A DNA stretch of 36,114 nt, from contig JAEOTE010000065.1 in NCBI GenBank assembly GCA_016839945.1, forward strand, positions 1 through 36,114, written 5' to 3'. A program made the position numbers and the translations under genes. This DNA is from Candidatus Heimdallarchaeota archaeon (GTDB lineage Archaea > Asgardarchaeota > Heimdallarchaeia > Heimdallarchaeales > Heimdallarchaeaceae). Below are positions 28,270-36,114 of the stretch, one piece after another. Each line of letters opens with the position of its first letter. Positions within the stretch are counted from its first letter, which is position 1. The notes under the pieces were generated by a model. That model saw only the letters and a program-made list of their open reading frames with translations, searched no databases and was not told the origin of the DNA.

Positions 28270-29883
28270 TTACCATCCTATTACTACCCCATCAGCTCGA
28301 GGACTTGTTCCTCCACAAAGAACACCATTTTCAGGATTTCGAGTAATAATCTGACCTCGACCAAATCTAGATCTTGCTAGACCAGATGTAGGAATTATTG
28401 TGTGCCCCATTTGACTCAAGGCTTTCATAACTGAATCTTCTATTCCTTCTTCCAAAGCCACATCACCTCCGCTTGTCCCATCAAGAATACAGAATCGAGG
28501 TCTATTCAATGCTTCTTGGGGATTCATATCAAAATCAATCATATTCAGCAAAACTTGCATATGTCCTTGAGGTTGATTAAAACCACCCATTACTCCAAAA
28601 CTAGCATAAAGCTCTTTATTTTTTGTTGCTATACCTGGTATGATTGTATGATACGGTCTTTTATTAGGTGCTAAGCAATTAGGATGATCAAGATCTAGCG
28701 AAAAGTTTGCCCCTCTATTCTGAAGAGTAAAACCACATCCTTCTGGTATTAACCCTGTTCCAAATCCCATATAGTTTGAATTAATAAAACTACAGGCATT
28801 ACCTTCGCCATCTGCGACTGAGAAATAAACTGTGCCAGAGCTCGATGTAGGAGAACCTTTTTGCACATCTATTGTAGCTTTTGTTGGATCAATTAGTTTT
28901 CTGCGTTTAGTTGCATATTTTTTTGAAATCAATTCTTCAATTGGAACATGAACTACATCTGGATCTGCCACATACCAACGAGTGTCTGCAAAAGCTATTC
29001 TCATAGTTTCAATCATTGTGTGAAGGTGATTTGCAGAAGAATGTTCCATATTTTCAATATCAAATTCTTCAAGAATATTCAATGCAATCAATGCGGTTAT
29101 TCCTTGACCATTGGGTGGAATTTCATAGACATCAATTCCTCGATAATTAACAGAAATGGGTTTATCAAATGTGTTGTAATGATTCTTGAGATCATCAAGA
29201 GTCATATAACCCCCCATTGATTGTATTAAATTAATAATTGATTCAGCTATTCTTCCCTCATAAAAACCAGCTTTTCCATGATCTACTAATTCTTTGAATG
29301 TCTTCGCTAAATTGGGAATTTTCATTATCTCGCCCTCTTTGGGTGCCTCTCCATTTAGAAGCATTTCATTGGAATGTGGTCCTAACTTTAATTGTCTAAC
29401 TCCTCTATTCCATGCAAGAGCTGTTATTGGTGCAACAGGGAATCCTCCTTCTGCAAGCTCAATTGCTGGCGTAAGAATCTCACCTAGAGTCATTGTACCA
29501 AATTTTTCAATTGTGTCTACCCAACCAGCTGCAGCACCTGGAACAGTGACTGTATGCACACTCAATGAAGGAAGTTCCTTAGTGATACCTAATTCTGCTA
29601 ATTTCTCCGTATTTATGTCTGCAGGAGCACGACCACTTCCATTAATCCCTGAGACGATTTTTGTTTTATTATCGAAATATAGACAGAAACAATCTCCACC
29701 AATCCCAGTTGAACAAGGTTCAGTAACATTTAATGCAGCTGCAGTTGCTACTGCTACATCAGCTGCGTTTCCTCCCTGTTGCAGAATTCTCATCCCTGCT
29801 TCGGAAGCTAAAGGTTGACTAGATGCTACCATACCTCTACTCCCATAAACTGGAGCTCGGTATGAATCAAAACGAAAACTCAT
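28270..29883 (-). CDS. ggt: Gamma-glutamyltransferase (glutathione hydrolase family, Ntn hydrolase)
   Basis: GMVASSQPLA, GGNAAD, GIGGD, PPNGQG, autocleavage Thr in SGTVYFSVAD, KRPYHTIIP, GVMGG..QPQG, PRADG; start placed at ATG 29883. Confidence 0.95.
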   Translation of the reverse strand: MSFRFDSYRAPVYGSRGMVASSQPLASEAGMRILQQGGNAADVAVATAAALNVTEPCSTGIGGDCFCLYFDNKTKIVSGINGSGRAPADINTEKLAELGITKELPSLSVHTVTVPGAAAGWVDTIEKFGTMTLGEILTPAIELAEGGFPVAPITALAWNRGVRQLKLGPHSNEMLLNGEAPKEGEIMKIPNLAKTFKELVDHGKAGFYEGRIAESIINLIQSMGGYMTLDDLKNHYNTFDKPISVNYRGIDVYEIPPNGQGITALIALNILEEFDIENMEHSSANHLHTMIETMRIAFADTRWYVADPDVVHVPIEELISKKYATKRRKLIDPTKATIDVQKGSPTSSSGTVYFSVADGEGNACSFINSNYMGFGTGLIPEGCGFTLQNRGANFSLDLDHPNCLAPNKRPYHTIIPGIATKNKELYASFGVMGGFNQPQGHMQVLLNMIDFDMNPQEALNRPRFCILDGTSGGDVALEEGIEDSVMKALSQMGHTIIPTSGLARSRFGRGQIITRNPENGVLCGGTSPRADGVVIGW

Positions 29884-30019
29884 ATGATAAAATAATGCTT
29901 GAAAAAATAAATCTAATGGTCGATCCTCAAAAAAATGAGGGTTTTTGTATTTCATTCATATCTAAACAATATTTATATGCCATGTCTAGTATTCAGAGTT
30001 ATAATTTGAACAAGGTGAA

Positions 30020-31030
30020 TTGATGAAATATTGGTTTATGATTTTATTAATAGTATCTTCAGCTTTTACCCCAAATGCTTCAATAAAGTATAATGAACTC
30101 TCAACATCCTTTGCTTCAGAATTTGCAACTCATCTCTCTCCGCAAGAGGATACTGGAAAGAATTATGAACCAGAATCTGGAACTGAATACTCACCATTTT
30201 TCCTCCTTAATCAATCAATACCAGTAGATTATTCTCCTATAGTCTTGATTCCTGATTATGATTGGTATGTAAACAATAGTTTGAATTACTATTCGGATAC
30301 ATATCTTGCGGGGATAAAAATCAATGAAACATCAATAGATCTAAGTACCTATACTCATGAAGATTTGGTCGCTGTTGGTGTGGATTGGCATGTTTCAGGT
30401 TATGGTTTGCATAGTTGTCACAATCTTAGTTATTCTGTTTATTCTGATACTTATGCACTATTAGCTAACGATACTATTGAAATAGAGATTCAATTAGATG
30501 AGCAACCTCAAATTGATTATGCAAACTCAAAGATAGAAATAGGTATTCAGGAATATCATCATATTGATTTTCCCAATGATTTCAAGTATACAATTTATCC
30601 AGATGGTTTGGTTCTATACTCCTTATACCTAACTGATGAAACCGTTACTTATGAAGGATGGATAAAAGATGAAAAATATATTGAACTGCTAGATTTGATT
30701 TGGTCATATGGCTTCTTTTATTTCAAAGACTATTATTTTGGTCCTGATGACAATTTGTTGTTAGACACAAACTATTACACAATGGTAACAATTGGAAATG
30801 AGAGTTATTACAAATTCTTCACAGGATTAACTACACCTGTAGTTGCTGGAGAATTATGGGATCTTATAGCATCTGAAGTTGCAGATCTCAACTATATTCC
30901 TAGAACTGGGATAAGACTCTTCGGTCGTTCTGGATTTTGGGGACTTACTTGGGGCTGGTGGTTTGGTATATTTGGTGGCACTGCAGTATTGGGTGTTGCA
31001 GCTTTCATAGGAAGCAGATTCAGAAGATGA
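30020..31030 (+). CDS. Secreted, C-terminally membrane-anchored hypothetical surface protein
   Basis: N-terminal hydrophobic signal, Tyr/Asp-rich ectodomain, C-terminal TM followed by SRFRR. Confidence 0.75.
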   Translation: MMKYWFMILLIVSSAFTPNASIKYNELSTSFASEFATHLSPQEDTGKNYEPESGTEYSPFFLLNQSIPVDYSPIVLIPDYDWYVNNSLNYYSDTYLAGIKINETSIDLSTYTHEDLVAVGVDWHVSGYGLHSCHNLSYSVYSDTYALLANDTIEIEIQLDEQPQIDYANSKIEIGIQEYHHIDFPNDFKYTIYPDGLVLYSLYLTDETVTYEGWIKDEKYIELLDLIWSYGFFYFKDYYFGPDDNLLLDTNYYTMVTIGNESYYKFFTGLTTPVVAGELWDLIASEVADLNYIPRTGIRLFGRSGFWGLTWGWWFGIFGGTAVLGVAAFIGSRFRR

Positions 31031-31215
31031 TTCTAATAGGAGTTAATAGTGAAATTTTGGCTTATTTGAACTGATAATGATTGAAGAAGCAATTTCAAGG
31101 TTTCAGTGCAATTTTTTAAATGACAAGAAACTCAAGAAGAAAATTAAGAAAAAGAATCAAATAGCACTCTTCTAAAATGGAGATCTTTACAAGAAGGTAG
31201 CATATTAGAAAGCAA

Positions 31216-31542
31216 CTAGTTTTGTGCCAAAGAAATACTGGTATAATATGACAAAATCTTCTCATAAAACTCTAAAACAATTTTGTTTATTTTAATCCAA
31301 TTTGTAGTATTAATGCCTTCATTAAGCAGAAAAGAAAGAATTTCTACTTCTCTGTTTATATTTATAGAACAGTATAATTCCATTTCACCAGAAAAGACTT
31401 GTAATAGATTTCTAACTGAACAAGTATATGACTCTAATCCTTCTTTGATTTTAGTTAATTCATAAAATATCTCATTAACTTGCTTCAACTTAAACTTAGT
31501 TTGAAGAATGTTTAGCTCTTTATCATTGTTGCTATGTTCCAT
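31216..31542 (-). CDS. Hypothetical protein divergent from the TetR regulator
   Basis: Helical 108-aa ORF from ATG 31542; shares a promoter region with tetR. Confidence 0.55.
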   Translation of the reverse strand: MEHSNNDKELNILQTKFKLKQVNEIFYELTKIKEGLESYTCSVRNLLQVFSGEMELYCSININREVEILSFLLNEGINTTNWIKINKIVLEFYEKILSYYTSISLAQN

Positions 31543-31584
31543 TATGTCTCGCCAGCCGGTAATAATGATCGACACCCCTTGCCT

Positions 31585-31653
31585 TAAATGAACGTTGTTA
31601 ATTTACAAATCTCATGTGTTTATAAATCTTATTAAATGAACAACGTTCACTAA
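31585..31653. promoter_or_regulatory. Divergent promoter with two inverted copies of a 21-bp palindromic operator flanking a palindromic TATA box
   Basis: Site 1 (31585-31605) taaatgaacgttgttaattta; site 2 (31633-31653) taaatgaacaacgttcactaa; tttataaa at 31619-31626. Confidence 0.7.
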
Positions 31654-31688
31654 AAAGACTTAATAATAGTATAAGATTACTAAAAACC

Positions 31689-32336
31689 ATGAAACAAACT
31701 CGAGCTCGTTCCGAGGAAGCAAAAACTGAACAAATAGAACGAATTATAGAAACCAGTAGAGAGATTTTTCTAAAAGAAGGTTTCAAGGGATTTAGCATGC
31801 GTTCATTAGCTAATCGTTTAGGGATGTCACAAAGTAACTTATACAACTATTGGTCAAGTAAAAGAGAAATTTGGTTCGATATTATTAAAAATGATTTTAA
31901 GGAATTCGAAGAAGATCTAGTTAAAATTGCAGTTAAACATCAAGAAAATGTAGTTGAACTTTTAGAAAGTATTGCAGAATATTATTTTGCTTTTGCTAAA
32001 AATAATCCAAAGAGATATCAAATGATGTTCGTGCTTCCTCCTCCTCCTTCTGATAGCAAAGGACCAACTGAGCTTGAATTTGAACCACAAACAATTCAAT
32101 TTTTGGTTAATATTCTAAAACAAGCAGCTGATGCTGGTCTGTTGAAAGGAGTAGATGTTGAAAAACTTGCTTTGTATTTGTGGGCATTAGTTCATGGGAC
32201 AACATATGTTTCCCAATCTATAGTTTTTCATCCTGATGCTAAAATTGCAAAATTTGGATCAGCTGAAGAATTTCAAAAATATGTCATCAAATTAGTAAAA
32301 CAACAATTTAGTGCTTTCATCTCTTCGAATGGATGA
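31689..32336 (+). CDS. TetR/AcrR family transcriptional regulator
   Basis: IIETSREIFLKEGFKGFSMRSLANRLGMSQSNLYNYWSSKREI; C-terminal LWALVHG (WHG-type). Confidence 0.93.
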   Translation: MKQTRARSEEAKTEQIERIIETSREIFLKEGFKGFSMRSLANRLGMSQSNLYNYWSSKREIWFDIIKNDFKEFEEDLVKIAVKHQENVVELLESIAEYYFAFAKNNPKRYQMMFVLPPPPSDSKGPTELEFEPQTIQFLVNILKQAADAGLLKGVDVEKLALYLWALVHGTTYVSQSIVFHPDAKIAKFGSAEEFQKYVIKLVKQQFSAFISSNG

Positions 32337-32460
32337 TTTGTGTCAATTCTTTCAAAAAGATGTGCAATCTTAAAAATTCACTAGAATCTCTAAAAGTAAG
32401 TTCTAGTTTTTCACGCTAATTTCATTCCAAAGATTAGAACAATATATAAGTGTTTGAACT

Positions 32461-32566
32461 AGGGATAGCTTAAAGAGGTACTGTGAGGAATATTAAAATT
32501 AGTCCGTCCATTTATTGCTTGAATAAATTTTTAATTTAAATGAGCCTCTAGTACCTCTCTATTTCT
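32461..32566 (+). ncRNA. Candidate small structured RNA or 5' leader (long hairpin)
   Basis: agaggtact (32474-32482) pairs with agtacctct (32550-32558); inner gagg/cctc, attaaaa/ttttaat, atttatt/aataaat; TATA-like tatataag at 32443-32450. Confidence 0.4.
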
Positions 32567-32702
32567 TATCTAAAATACAAGAATAAATTATTTTTGATTT
32601 ATACGGTATTGCATTAATATTACAAAGTATTAATAAAGAAAATAGAAGAAGTTCCATAGTAAATTGAAAACTGCGTACTAGACAAAAGAAATTGGTGACA
32701 AG

Positions 32703-32882
32703 ATGAAAGAAATAGAGAAAGAGGATTTACTCAAAAGCTTAAAAGAGAATTCTGAAACATTAACACAAATCGATATGGATGCAGTTGATTTTGTACTATT
32801 GAAATTGAATGAGCTCAGATATGAGGTCAGTTTGAAATTACAAGAGAGGGAAGATAAAAAAATCAAGAAGAGTGTTTCTTAG
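32703..32882 (+). CDS. Small 59-aa helical hypothetical protein (not in the ORF track)
   Basis: MKEIEKEDLLKSLKENSETLTQIDMDAVDFVLLKLNELRYEVSLKLQEREDKKIKKSVS; SD-like GGTGA just upstream; purine-rich coding bias. Confidence 0.6.
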   Translation: MKEIEKEDLLKSLKENSETLTQIDMDAVDFVLLKLNELRYEVSLKLQEREDKKIKKSVS

Positions 32883-32970
32883 GAACTTCTCTTTAAATTA
32901 TTCTCTTTTTTTATCAGATTTAAGAAGTAGAATTATTAACATTTAAATAAAACTCCTTTCAGTCGATTCT

Positions 32971-34188
32971 GTGAAATCTTTACTTGAACCTATAGAATAT
33001 ATCAGTACTAATTTCGGACCTAGAATTGCTGGATCAGATGCTGATTATAAAACAATAGATTATATAGAAAAACAATTTCTCTCATTTACACCAAATGTAA
33101 TGACAGAAGAATTCAATGTTGTTGGTAGGTCTCTTCAGTTTCTGATTCAATTTCTTGTTTGGGGATATTTTGTATCTACGTTATGCTATTTCTTTTATGC
33201 ACCTCTGGTACCAGTTCTAACCATCATAAAGCTTCTAATTTTTTATTTAGCAAGATTTAAAGATCGCAATCTTGTTAATTTGTTTGTAAAAAAGGCAAAA
33301 ACAAAGAACATAATAGCTATATTTGAGCCTACAGTTGAAAAAAAGAAATTAGTTATATTCTCTGCACATCATGATTCTGCATTCTACATGCCATTATTTG
33401 AGAAGAAAGTAAAAGAAGTAACAATAATTCAGAATAGCGCAATTGGCGGTATGATACTACTCTTAATATCTGGAATTTGGAAAGCTATTTCTTATTTTGT
33501 CCCTGCTGCTGGTATTTTAAGACTTTTTGATTATTCTTTGGGTACTCTAACAGTATCATGGTTCCTTCTACCTGATATTCTTTTTCTTATTTCTCTCGGT
33601 GGTTTAGGATTCGCTTTTTATTTTCTAAAGAATATGGTAACAAAAACCCCTGTGGTTGGAGCAAATGATAATTTGTCCTCAATAGCTGTATTATTTTCTC
33701 TAGGAGAATATTTGAAGGAAAATCCTCCTCAAAATCTAGAGATACGTTTAATCTCATTTGGTGGAGAAGAACCTGGAATGGTAGGAAGTACTTTCTATGT
33801 TAAGAATAATTTAGGAGAACTCAAAGAAGCTATAAACATAAACTTTGAAAATCTGGGGAGTGGAAAATTAGGCGTTATTGAGAAAGAGAAAGATAACAAT
33901 ATCAAACATGATATAGAACTAGTTAGATTTTTACAGAATATAGCAAATAAGAACGGTTTTGAGCTTCCATCTAAAAAAATTCACTATGGCAATACAGATG
34001 CAGGAAGTTTCTCAAAAAAGAATATTATTGCAACAACAGTTTTTTGTTATAACAAAGAGGATATTTTTGATTTATGGCATTCAACAGATGATATAGTAGA
34101 CAATATAGATGAAAATATTCTAGGAGATGCTTTTGAATTTTCATTAAAAATTATTGAGGAAATCGAAAAAGAGAACTTAAAGAAGTAA
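32971..34188 (+). CDS. Membrane-embedded M28 family metallopeptidase
   Basis: GPRIAGS, NIIA, SAHHDS, GANDNLS, GGEEPG, NFENLG, TDAG, WHSTDD, interrupted by about 4 TM helices. Confidence 0.88.
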   Translation: MKSLLEPIEYISTNFGPRIAGSDADYKTIDYIEKQFLSFTPNVMTEEFNVVGRSLQFLIQFLVWGYFVSTLCYFFYAPLVPVLTIIKLLIFYLARFKDRNLVNLFVKKAKTKNIIAIFEPTVEKKKLVIFSAHHDSAFYMPLFEKKVKEVTIIQNSAIGGMILLLISGIWKAISYFVPAAGILRLFDYSLGTLTVSWFLLPDILFLISLGGLGFAFYFLKNMVTKTPVVGANDNLSSIAVLFSLGEYLKENPPQNLEIRLISFGGEEPGMVGSTFYVKNNLGELKEAININFENLGSGKLGVIEKEKDNNIKHDIELVRFLQNIANKNGFELPSKKIHYGNTDAGSFSKKNIIATTVFCYNKEDIFDLWHSTDDIVDNIDENILGDAFEFSLKIIEEIEKENLKK

Positions 34189-34209
34189 TAGATATTTCGA
34201 AAAAAATAA

Positions 34210-34320
34210 TGGTAGCGCCTGGTGGACTTGAACCACCGATCTTCGGGTTATGAGCCCGACGGGTTTTCCATGCTTAGGGATCATGTGGAGAACCATCCAC
34301 ATAATTTACCCCAAGGCGCT
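34210..34320 (-). tRNA. Initiator tRNA-Met (CAU) with D-loop intron and encoded CCA
   Basis: Acceptor stem AGCGCCT/AGGCGCT with A1:U72, anticodon arm TCGGG-CTCATAA-CCCGA with three G:C pairs, T arm GGTGG-TTCAAGT-CCACC, 3' ACCA; 111 nt including a 33-nt insert. Confidence 0.95.
34274..34306 (-). other. tRNA intron, 33 nt, predicted position 14/15
   Basis: GGGG/CCCT central helix, 3-nt bulges TAA and AAG, 10-bp intron stem ATTATGTGGA/TCCACATGAT; removal restores the D-arm GGGT-AGCATGGAAA-ACCC. Confidence 0.85.
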
Positions 34321-34491
34321 AATCACTCATTCCCTTTACACATTCTTAATCTTTTAAACCTTTGTTTCTGTCATACGTTTTTTGCGGTGAAAGTTCTTCT
34401 AGTTTTATAAGAATGCAATAAAGCAAATTTAGAATGTCAAAAACAGTTTTATGGAAAACTTCATAACTTTTTCCACAAACTCTAGTAATAA

Positions 34492-35304
34492 ATGTTTCAA
34501 TCAACTGATGAATCAAGGTTTGTTCAGAAAGAAAGGATAAGGATATACACAATATTTGTCCTTCTGTTGATTGATGCAATAGTCTATTATGTTCCTTATC
34601 GTAACAATGTTTTGATTGGAAATCTTTTTGGTATTAGTCTATGGTTTTATTTCGGGATTTTGAATGCATTGCTAATTATTCTTGTTTACATGTTTGTCAA
34701 AGGCGAAGTAATTCTTGATTTTACTTCTCAAGAATTGATTTTTAATGAATTCAAAAGAAGTAAGAAATGGTCATTTTCAAAACTATTAGGTGTTTATCTT
34801 TTAGCTTATGAAGGTGAGTATCTTATCCGAATAAGGCAACAAAGATTACAAACACTTGATATCAGAGTAAAATTTGAGCAAGCATATTTATTAGTGGATA
34901 AATTTGAGGAACTGGGATATAGTTTTGTTACTGTACGACTAGATAAACCAAAACGATTATCCTACACATTCCCAATTCTTCTTTCTAAATATGAAAAAAA
35001 ACCTAATGGTTTCAATCCTGAAATTCCAGAGTGGTATAGAGGAATTACTCTACGAACAAAATTACTATCTATAACCTTATCTCCTTTAATGTATATCATA
35101 AGTGCTACATTGATTGTAAGAATTCCATACCTCCTTGAAGGATTATCTTTTACTAAAGGAATAGTTACATTCATCTATGCTCTTACAGCTTTTATTCTAT
35201 TTGATGGAGGTTTATATTTCCTATTTGGAATATCATTCTTGGTATTTATAGCAAAAAGCATAAGCAAAATCACATCACGATTACACTCAAGCGACAATCC
35301 CTAA
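34492..35304 (+). CDS. Hypothetical membrane protein (2 TM, soluble domain, 2 TM)
   Basis: 270-aa ORF with paired hydrophobic helices at both ends. Confidence 0.7.
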   Translation: MFQSTDESRFVQKERIRIYTIFVLLLIDAIVYYVPYRNNVLIGNLFGISLWFYFGILNALLIILVYMFVKGEVILDFTSQELIFNEFKRSKKWSFSKLLGVYLLAYEGEYLIRIRQQRLQTLDIRVKFEQAYLLVDKFEELGYSFVTVRLDKPKRLSYTFPILLSKYEKKPNGFNPEIPEWYRGITLRTKLLSITLSPLMYIISATLIVRIPYLLEGLSFTKGIVTFIYALTAFILFDGGLYFLFGISFLVFIAKSISKITSRLHSSDNP

Positions 35305-35352
35305 AAAATAAGTAGAGAAAAATTAATGTGCCCCTCTTCTTTTATAATGATA

Positions 35353-35907
35353 ATGAAAGAATTTTCAGGTATACTAATTTCAAGTGCAAGAACCTTGGAA
35401 CGAAATTCCTCAAGTGAAATGTTCTACTTGCTATCAGAGATACTAGATTATGAAAACGTCGATGTAAAACCTGTTATAGATATCTCTGGATTATCTATAG
35501 CAATTTTCTCTGAAAATCCAATTTTAACATTAGAGAAGATTAAAGCTGAAATTGAGAAAGATAATTCGGTTTTACAGTACTCACTTAAACTTGTACCTAT
35601 TCAATATAGAACAAACTCTTCAATTGAAGAGATGGAAGAAGTCATGGTAATTTTTAATGAACAAATAGGAGAGGACGATACTTGGAGAATCACCCTCCGA
35701 AGAAGACATTCTCAATTATCTAGGGATGAGATAATTCACTCTTTAGCTGCAATTATGACAAATGGTAGTGTAAGGCTAGAAGATCCTGATTATTACATAA
35801 TTGTTGAAATCTTGGGAAAATGGTCCTATTTATCCCTTTCTCCAATATCAGAGATATCTGTTTCACATTACATTTCTGATCAAAAAAAAGATGAGTTTAC
35901 TTTTTGA
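35353..35907 (+). CDS. THUMP domain RNA-binding protein (Tan1-like)
   Basis: LKLVPIQ, TWRITLRRRHS.LSRDEII..LA, VRLEDPDYYIIVEILG; start probably ATG 35353. Confidence 0.88.
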   Translation: MKEFSGILISSARTLERNSSSEMFYLLSEILDYENVDVKPVIDISGLSIAIFSENPILTLEKIKAEIEKDNSVLQYSLKLVPIQYRTNSSIEEMEEVMVIFNEQIGEDDTWRITLRRRHSQLSRDEIIHSLAAIMTNGSVRLEDPDYYIIVEILGKWSYLSLSPISEISVSHYISDQKKDEFTF

Positions 35908-35986
35908 ATCAGTTATTGAAATATAATTAAAAAAAATAAAGAAGAAAGATTTTAACTTTCCATTTTACTTAGAGGTCTCTGATTTT

Positions 35987-36114
35987 TTAAAGGTCTCTTG
36001 CGGAAACGGTTTTTCTTCCGTTAGCTTTAGCTCTTCCAGCTGCTATTTTAACCATTTTAGCAATCTTTTCGTCTAAAGCTTTTAGGAGGTCTCCACCAAC
36101 CTTATAATCACCGA
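35987..36114 (-). CDS. Histone-fold protein, DUF1931/short alpha3 type (partial, N-terminus outside window; not in the ORF track)
   Basis: Reads ...GDYKVGGDLLKALDEKIAKMVKIAAGRAKANGRKTVSARDL*; contains the histone-fold L2 signature RKTVxxxD and ends directly after it. Confidence 0.88.
   Translation of the reverse strand, partial: GDYKVGGDLLKALDEKIAKMVKIAAGRAKANGRKTVSARDL

Noticed and set aside
29294-29818. 174-aa plus-strand ORF and other short ORFs nested in long genes
   Set aside because: Antisense or off-frame shadows of well-supported genes such as ggt, with no motifs
32461-32566. SECIS element, K-turn or C/D box RNA interpretation of the hairpins (also 11113-11196)
   Set aside because: No correctly placed tandem G-A quartet or C/D boxes, and no convincing in-frame UGA selenoprotein nearby
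32678-32866. 62-aa minus-strand ORF
   Set aside because: The plus-strand 59-aa ORF has an ATG, an SD motif and typical composition
34222-34579. ORFs 34222-34410 and 34346-34579
   Set aside because: They overlap the tRNA gene, its upstream region and the next CDS; no coding features
35973-35998. Direct repeat aggtctct near the histone stop codon
   Set aside because: Only 8 bp in two copies; compatible with chance, with no associated mobile-element features

Overview
AT-rich (roughly 30% GC by eye) archaeal chromosomal segment. It is most consistent with an Asgard archaeon, probably Heimdallarchaeia-like; this is inferred from gene style (exosome operon, RING-finger fusion, TrmB-coiled-coil protein, C-terminally anchored secreted proteins), not from a database search. 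Core genes: an exosome superoperon (SBDS-rrp4-rrp41-rrp42-rpl37ae-Brix-pcc1), RFC large subunit, Fpg glycosylase, a THUMP protein, a partial histone-fold gene and an initiator tRNA-Met. Scavenging and metabolic genes: two M28 peptidases, DDAH, a secreted nuclease, a purine phosphoribosyltransferase, gamma-glutamyltransferase, an orphan EutA and ABC components. Most notable observations: (1) a Dna2-like Fe-S nuclease-helicase fused to a C-terminal Listerin/FANCL-like RING finger; (2) a 33-nt intron at the non-canonical 14/15 position in the D-loop of initiator tRNA-Met; (3) a TrmB regulator split by about 530 aa of helical repeats; (4) a coiled-coil/Pro-rich protein with PTAP and PSAP motifs and a MIM1/WH2-like C-terminal helix; (5) a 4x48-bp tandem-repeat tail on Rrp41; (6) two ~85-nt TATA-preceded hairpins and a twin-operator TetR promoter. 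No CRISPR array, rRNA or mobile element was seen.
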